Below are positions 47,562 through 50,678 of a DNA stretch of 50,678 nt, piece after piece. Position numbers and translations under genes: made by a program. The stretch's first letter is position 1, and every line of letters starts with the position of its first letter. This DNA comes from Pirellulales bacterium (GTDB taxonomy: Bacteria; Planctomycetota; Planctomycetia; Pirellulales; UBA1268). The stretch covers positions 1 through 50,678 of the forward strand of contig JALIAA010000284.1 of NCBI GenBank assembly GCA_030577455.1, given 5' to 3'. A model generated the notes under the pieces. That model did no database searches and had not been told where the DNA came from. It was given only the letters and a program-made list of their open reading frames with translations.

Positions 47562-49624
47562 TGTCGCCGAGTGCTGTCATTTCACCTAATGGGATGATAG
47601 GAATGTGGATTCTTCAGCCGGCAAGCTGGCTTGTGATTTTGCAGGTTGCAATTGGTCTTGGCTTTGTCATTTTTGTTCATGAACTCGGACACTTCCTTGT
47701 TGCGAAAGCCTGTGGGGTCAAGTGCGAGAAGTTTTATATCGGCTTTGATATTAACGGCTGGAATCTCGGCAAGTTTACATGGGGTGAGACTGAGTATGGC
47801 ATCGGTATTCTGCCTCTTGGGGGATATGTGAAGATGCTTGGGCAGGATGATAATCCTGCGGCCGCAGCTCGCGAAGCCCAGCGGGCAAAAGATATTATTG
47901 AGTCAGGTGATTTGCCACCAGAGCCAACTTCTGATCCACACCCTGCGTGGGATCCACGAAGTTATCCTGCCCAGTCGGTACCTGAACGAATGGCAATCAT
48001 TTCGGCTGGCGTAATCATGAATGTGATCTTTGCCGTCTTACTTGCAGCGTGGGCATTTGGTCTTGGTGTACAAGAACTGACTTGTGAAGTCTCGAGTGTT
48101 CGGCCTGGTGGTGCAGCGTGGCGAGCTGGGTTACGTACCGGTGACGAGATTGTTGCCATAGGATCAAAAACCGAACCAGTCTTTACCGATCTGCAGAAGG
48201 GTGTGACGCTGGGTGATCCGGCACAAGGAATAGATTTCACGGTACGACGGCCCGCTGATGGGAGTGAGCGGACGCTGACGCTTCACCCTGATACAGACCT
48301 GGGAATTCCGACAGTCGGCGTGACCAGTCCATTTTCAGTAACGTTACCAGAAAGCTTGGAACCTGGGCTTCCTGGCGCTGCTTCGCAAGCGAATCCTGCT
48401 TTTGAACCAGGAGACACCATTACGGCAGTCGATGGTGCATCTATCTCAAGCTATGCCGAACTGATTGCATCTCTTGCTGGCAAGGCAGAGACTCCTGTTT
48501 CAATTTCAGTGCAGCGTCAAGATAAGAATCTATCTATTTCAGTCCCTGCTCAGCCTCGACGTGAAACTGGTTTGGTGATGGTGCCAGGATTGATTGCGAG
48601 TGTCCAAGCGGATTCTCCGGCATCTGCAGCCAAGCTGAAAGCAGGCGACAGAATCGTTTCTATCGATGGCGAATCATTGGGTAATCCTTTGACGATTGAT
48701 GACCGTCTCAAGAAGCGATCAGGTGAGGTCGTCTTGTTAGGCGTTCTCCGTAGCGATGCTGTTCATAATGCTTCTGGTGAACTTGTCACTGAAACAATCG
48801 AAGTCACGCCCCGAGATGTTACATGGATTGAGCAGGCGCGGTGGCCCCAAAGTCCGGTAGCTGTTTCAAGTCTTGGTATTGCTTTTAATATCGGTTCCGA
48901 GATTGCAAAAGTCGTGCCTGGCTCACCAGCTGCTCGGGCAGGCATCAAAGAAGGTGAGTTTGTGACTCGCGCACGATTTGCAAAAAAAGATGAACCAATT
49001 GATGAGGATGACCCGGGAGTTGAATTATCAGAAGAATCACAGAGCTGGCCATTTGTCATGGCGATGGTTCAGCAGTCACCGAAAGATACTCGTCTGCAAT
49101 TAACAGTGAAATCATCCGATGGACTCGCCAGAGATGTTGAACTGAATCCTATTGACTCAACTGTTGATTTTATTGTTGATCGTGGATTGGTGTTCCGCCC
49201 GGTGTACCGTCTTGTAAAAGCTCGTTCGATCGGTGCTGCGTTGACACAGGGTCTTTCCAAAACGGGTGAAGATCTGTCGATGGTGTATCGATTTCTGCAG
49301 AAGATTACGAGTAATCAGATTAGCCCTCGCCTTCTTGGTGGGCCAATTGAAATTGCGAAACAGGCCGGAAAGTCAGCCGAAGAAGGCCTCGGAAGATTAT
49401 TACTTTTTCTCACAATGTTGAGTGCCAATCTTGCCGTAATCAATTTTTTGCCCATACCAGTTCTCGATGGTGGGCATATGGTCTTTCTGATGTATGAACT
49501 TGTCCGTGGCAAGCCGCCAAGTGAAAACGTTGTTGCGGCTTTGTCATACATAGGATTAGTTCTCTTGCTCTCACTTATGCTTTTTGTCTTTGGGCTCGAC
49601 CTCGGTCTGATTGCACGACAGTAA
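47549..49624 (+). CDS. rseP: RseP-like site-2 intramembrane metalloprotease with four PDZ-like domains
   Basis: VHELGHF, PLGGYVKM, AGVIMN, NFLPIPVLDGG; conserved dxr-rseP order. Confidence 0.95.
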   Translation: MDVLMSPSAVISPNGMIGMWILQPASWLVILQVAIGLGFVIFVHELGHFLVAKACGVKCEKFYIGFDINGWNLGKFTWGETEYGIGILPLGGYVKMLGQDDNPAAAAREAQRAKDIIESGDLPPEPTSDPHPAWDPRSYPAQSVPERMAIISAGVIMNVIFAVLLAAWAFGLGVQELTCEVSSVRPGGAAWRAGLRTGDEIVAIGSKTEPVFTDLQKGVTLGDPAQGIDFTVRRPADGSERTLTLHPDTDLGIPTVGVTSPFSVTLPESLEPGLPGAASQANPAFEPGDTITAVDGASISSYAELIASLAGKAETPVSISVQRQDKNLSISVPAQPRRETGLVMVPGLIASVQADSPASAAKLKAGDRIVSIDGESLGNPLTIDDRLKKRSGEVVLLGVLRSDAVHNASGELVTETIEVTPRDVTWIEQARWPQSPVAVSSLGIAFNIGSEIAKVVPGSPAARAGIKEGEFVTRARFAKKDEPIDEDDPGVELSEESQSWPFVMAMVQQSPKDTRLQLTVKSSDGLARDVELNPIDSTVDFIVDRGLVFRPVYRLVKARSIGAALTQGLSKTGEDLSMVYRFLQKITSNQISPRLLGGPIEIAKQAGKSAEEGLGRLLLFLTMLSANLAVINFLPIPVLDGGHMVFLMYELVRGKPPSENVVAALSYIGLVLLLSLMLFVFGLDLGLIARQ

Positions 49625-49747
49625 ACGTCTTTCGTGCATGACATGTGAGGTTTCTATCTGCATTTTATGAGCCAAAAAGGTTTTCCCATACCCGGGTGAA
49701 CGGACGGCGTCTATTGTTGAAGAAGTTCGAAATCGTCGGAGTTCATC

Positions 49748-50410
49748 ATGACAGTCGCAAATCCTCCTAGTCTCCCACTTGGTCTTTTCACCGGTGTCGA
49801 CACTGTTGTATTCGACGTTGTAGGGACACTTCTGGAACCAACCCCATCAGTTTCAGAGGCATACAAAAACTCTTCTGAGAAGTTTGGAGTGACTCTCTCA
49901 CCAAGTGAGATATCCAAGCGATTTTCTATTGCATGGGAGAAGCAGGAATCTCTGGATGCTCAAAACAAACCAGCCTTTTCAACAAGTAGAAGCCGGGAAT
50001 ACGAACGGTGGCAGCAGATAGTCTGTGATGTCTTTGAAAACTCACCGGCTGCAGGAAAAATTTTTGATGACCTTTGGATTCATTTTGGTAAGCCTTCTTC
50101 ATGGCGACCAATTGAGCAGGGCTGTCGTCTTCTTCAGACTGTTCGTGAGTCTGGAATTGAGGTGGCAGTAGCCAGTAATTTTGATGAACGACTGCTTCCT
50201 CTTGCAAAACATATCGAACCTCTTAGCAGCATTGAGAAAATTTTTGCATCGTCCGAGCTAGGGTGGAGAAAACCGGCTCCACAGTTCTTTCGGGCAGTGG
50301 AGTCACGACTGCAAAAAGAGCCTGACCACCTTCTTCTTGTTGGGGATGATCCTCGGCTTGATATAGCTGCTGCCAATGCTGCAGGATGGAAAAGTATGCG
50401 GATTGGGTAG
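49748..50410 (+). CDS. HAD-superfamily hydrolase (subfamily IA)
   Basis: FDVVGTL, ASNFD, RKPAPQFF, VGDD...DIAAANAAGW. Confidence 0.92.
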   Translation: MTVANPPSLPLGLFTGVDTVVFDVVGTLLEPTPSVSEAYKNSSEKFGVTLSPSEISKRFSIAWEKQESLDAQNKPAFSTSRSREYERWQQIVCDVFENSPAAGKIFDDLWIHFGKPSSWRPIEQGCRLLQTVRESGIEVAVASNFDERLLPLAKHIEPLSSIEKIFASSELGWRKPAPQFFRAVESRLQKEPDHLLLVGDDPRLDIAAANAAGWKSMRIG

Positions 50411-50678
50411 CCTCCAGCGTATTCACTGAAAGCGTCTGAGATTGCCTAGAAAATTGAGAACATCGGCGATGGAAAATTGTCGAAGTGGAAATAGGCAAGG
50501 TGTGTGATCTTTACGGCGATCGATAGACCATGCCCTAAAGAGCCTGATAAACGCCCACCAGCAGTCAATTTGATTCCCGTTGGCTGAAAATGGCAGTTTT
50601 ATGCTGGCTGAAATCCCATTTGTGGACGTGACAGCTGCCTCTATGACTTTGCCGAATAAGTTGAGTCTGGTGAGTAAA

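Overview
Gene-dense, mostly housekeeping segment of a bacterial chromosome, most likely Planctomycetota (inferred from a TIGR03067-type secreted protein, a secreted PQQ-like beta-propeller, a sulfatase, an OprO/P-type porin with a Cys-rich neighbour, lpxD-lpxI and a sigma70 variant apparently lacking region 3). It holds one tRNA-Asn(GTT) and about 46 CDS: an anti-sigma/STAS pair, groES-groEL, feoAB, bioD, GH57 + galT, ahpC, an RND pump, hisI-queD-hemB, cysD-cysNC-mog with a divergent sulfatase, pilT, a Tat-signal intradiol dioxygenase, an Fe-S photolyase facing a sigma factor/SDR/VOC cluster, ftsH and dxr-rseP. I found no integrase, transposase, phage gene, CRISPR array or defence system, and I cannot claim a clearly new system. 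The best leads are: (1) a hisI-queD-hemB operon from three unrelated pathways in which HisI and HemB lack canonical Zn-binding cysteines, a possible zinc-sparing module; (2) a candidate light/UV-response module (FeS photolyase divergent from an atypical sigma factor, a Tyr-less SDR, a VOC protein and a membrane protein); (3) a groESL operon with a sigma54-type promoter, no CIRCE and a structured leader; (4) a sulfur locus with a CxAxR sulfatase and a degenerate-looking APS-kinase domain. All product calls come from motif recognition by eye; no database searches were run.
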